A DNA stretch of 63,784 bases, filler included, from Octopus bimaculoides (taxonomy: Eukaryota): NCBI RefSeq assembly GCF_001194135.2. It is 9 parts of 8 records of this genome, joined end to end, with 100 filler letters (N's around TTAATTAATTAA, not from the genome) between each part and the next. Parts side by side here need not be neighbours in the genome. Positions count along the whole stretch, not along the records: positions 61,909 to 63,784 come from NC_068995.1; 8 more parts are not named here. One strand, written 5' to 3'. The stretch's first letter is position 1; every line of letters begins with the position of its first letter. Position numbers and translations under genes: made by a program. The notes beneath the pieces were generated by a model. The model was not told where the DNA came from. It did no database searches and saw nothing but the letters and a program-made list of their open reading frames with translations. This document shows, one piece after another, positions 63,116 to 63,784 of the stretch.

Positions 63116-63784
63116 AAGAAAGATTAAAAGTGTAATATATTAAGATTGTGGAAGAGGCTTTCATGTTTATTCTTAAGTCAGGAGATATCTACTTGCTATG
63201 GTTATTTCGAGTGATGCCATTGGTGTTAACAAAACAAAAATAACAATCGTCACACTGTTCTTTTGTTCTTATCGTTTTCTTCCAAACTATTAGTTATCCA
63301 AATTTCGAGCATCCCTTTCTATTAGTCTATTGCCACAAATAATCTGTGCTAATTATGCATACGATATGACTTATCACGGCCGTGACTTTCTTTGGTCTCC
63401 ATTCTACACTTTGAAAAAGTAAAATAAGCTCTATTTTTGAAAAACCAGAAATAGGTTTCCTATGTTCATTCATGGTTCACTCACCACAAATGAAGAGGAA
63501 ATAGATCAGGATGATTCGGTCATCTTCTTCGTCAGGAAGTCATATCGTCTGTTGAAAGAAAAAAAACGATAAATAAATTAAATTAGATTCTCTACTTAGA
63601 TGCAAGACCATATATCATAAGTACATGATTTATGCTTACATATATTCATATATAAATAAAAGAAAGCGGCTCTCCTCCCAGACTGGCGCAAACGAGCTAG
63701 AAGACAACTGAAGACGTACCTATTCGTTAAGATCACAAGTGAGCTTAACCCCTCATATTCTTTATATATATAAAGAAGCCCGTA

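Noticed and set aside
63499-63575. NEEEIDQDDSVIFF segment as a possible second kinesin exon
   Set aside because: No AG acceptor immediately upstream, and the frame ends in a stop without a donor.
1-63784. Conserved microRNA, snoRNA, rRNA or CRISPR features
   Set aside because: No mature sequence of conserved bilaterian miRNAs, no C/D box pair with terminal stem, no rRNA and no repeat-spacer array were recognised by eye.

Overview
Eukaryotic, AT-rich, gap-ridden genomic scaffold, dense in microsatellites and SINEs. The repeat families resemble those of Octopus (inference from repeat content). The supplied ORF track is almost entirely noise: N-gaps, microsatellites and decayed transposons. Supportable host-gene content: (1) the last three coding exons of a TUG/ASPSCR1-like gene on + (7442-7520, 15074-15216, 18964-18974; phases match; C-terminus ...FVPKWFKLGQK*), and (2) an isolated first coding exon of a kinesin on + (58854-58898, MDTENIKVAVRLRPF). 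There are also weaker signs of a spliced minus-strand, probably non-coding, transcript at 44-48 kb. The rest is mobile DNA: RTE LINEs, an R4/Dong-like element, Tc1, mariner and maT-like transposons, a Ty3/Gypsy element with LTR and tRNA-Trp PBS, MITEs and many SINEs. The most striking unexplained structure is a recurrent set of long foldback (palindromic) insertions at about 6.8, 13.5, 29, 42, 50 and 60 kb, plus a tandem repeat at 17.6 kb. Several carry minimal type-I hammerhead ribozyme motifs with a palindromic stem III, pointing to non-autonomous Penelope/retrozyme-like elements. CpG content also appears to shift from depleted (left half) to retained (right half) near 32 kb.
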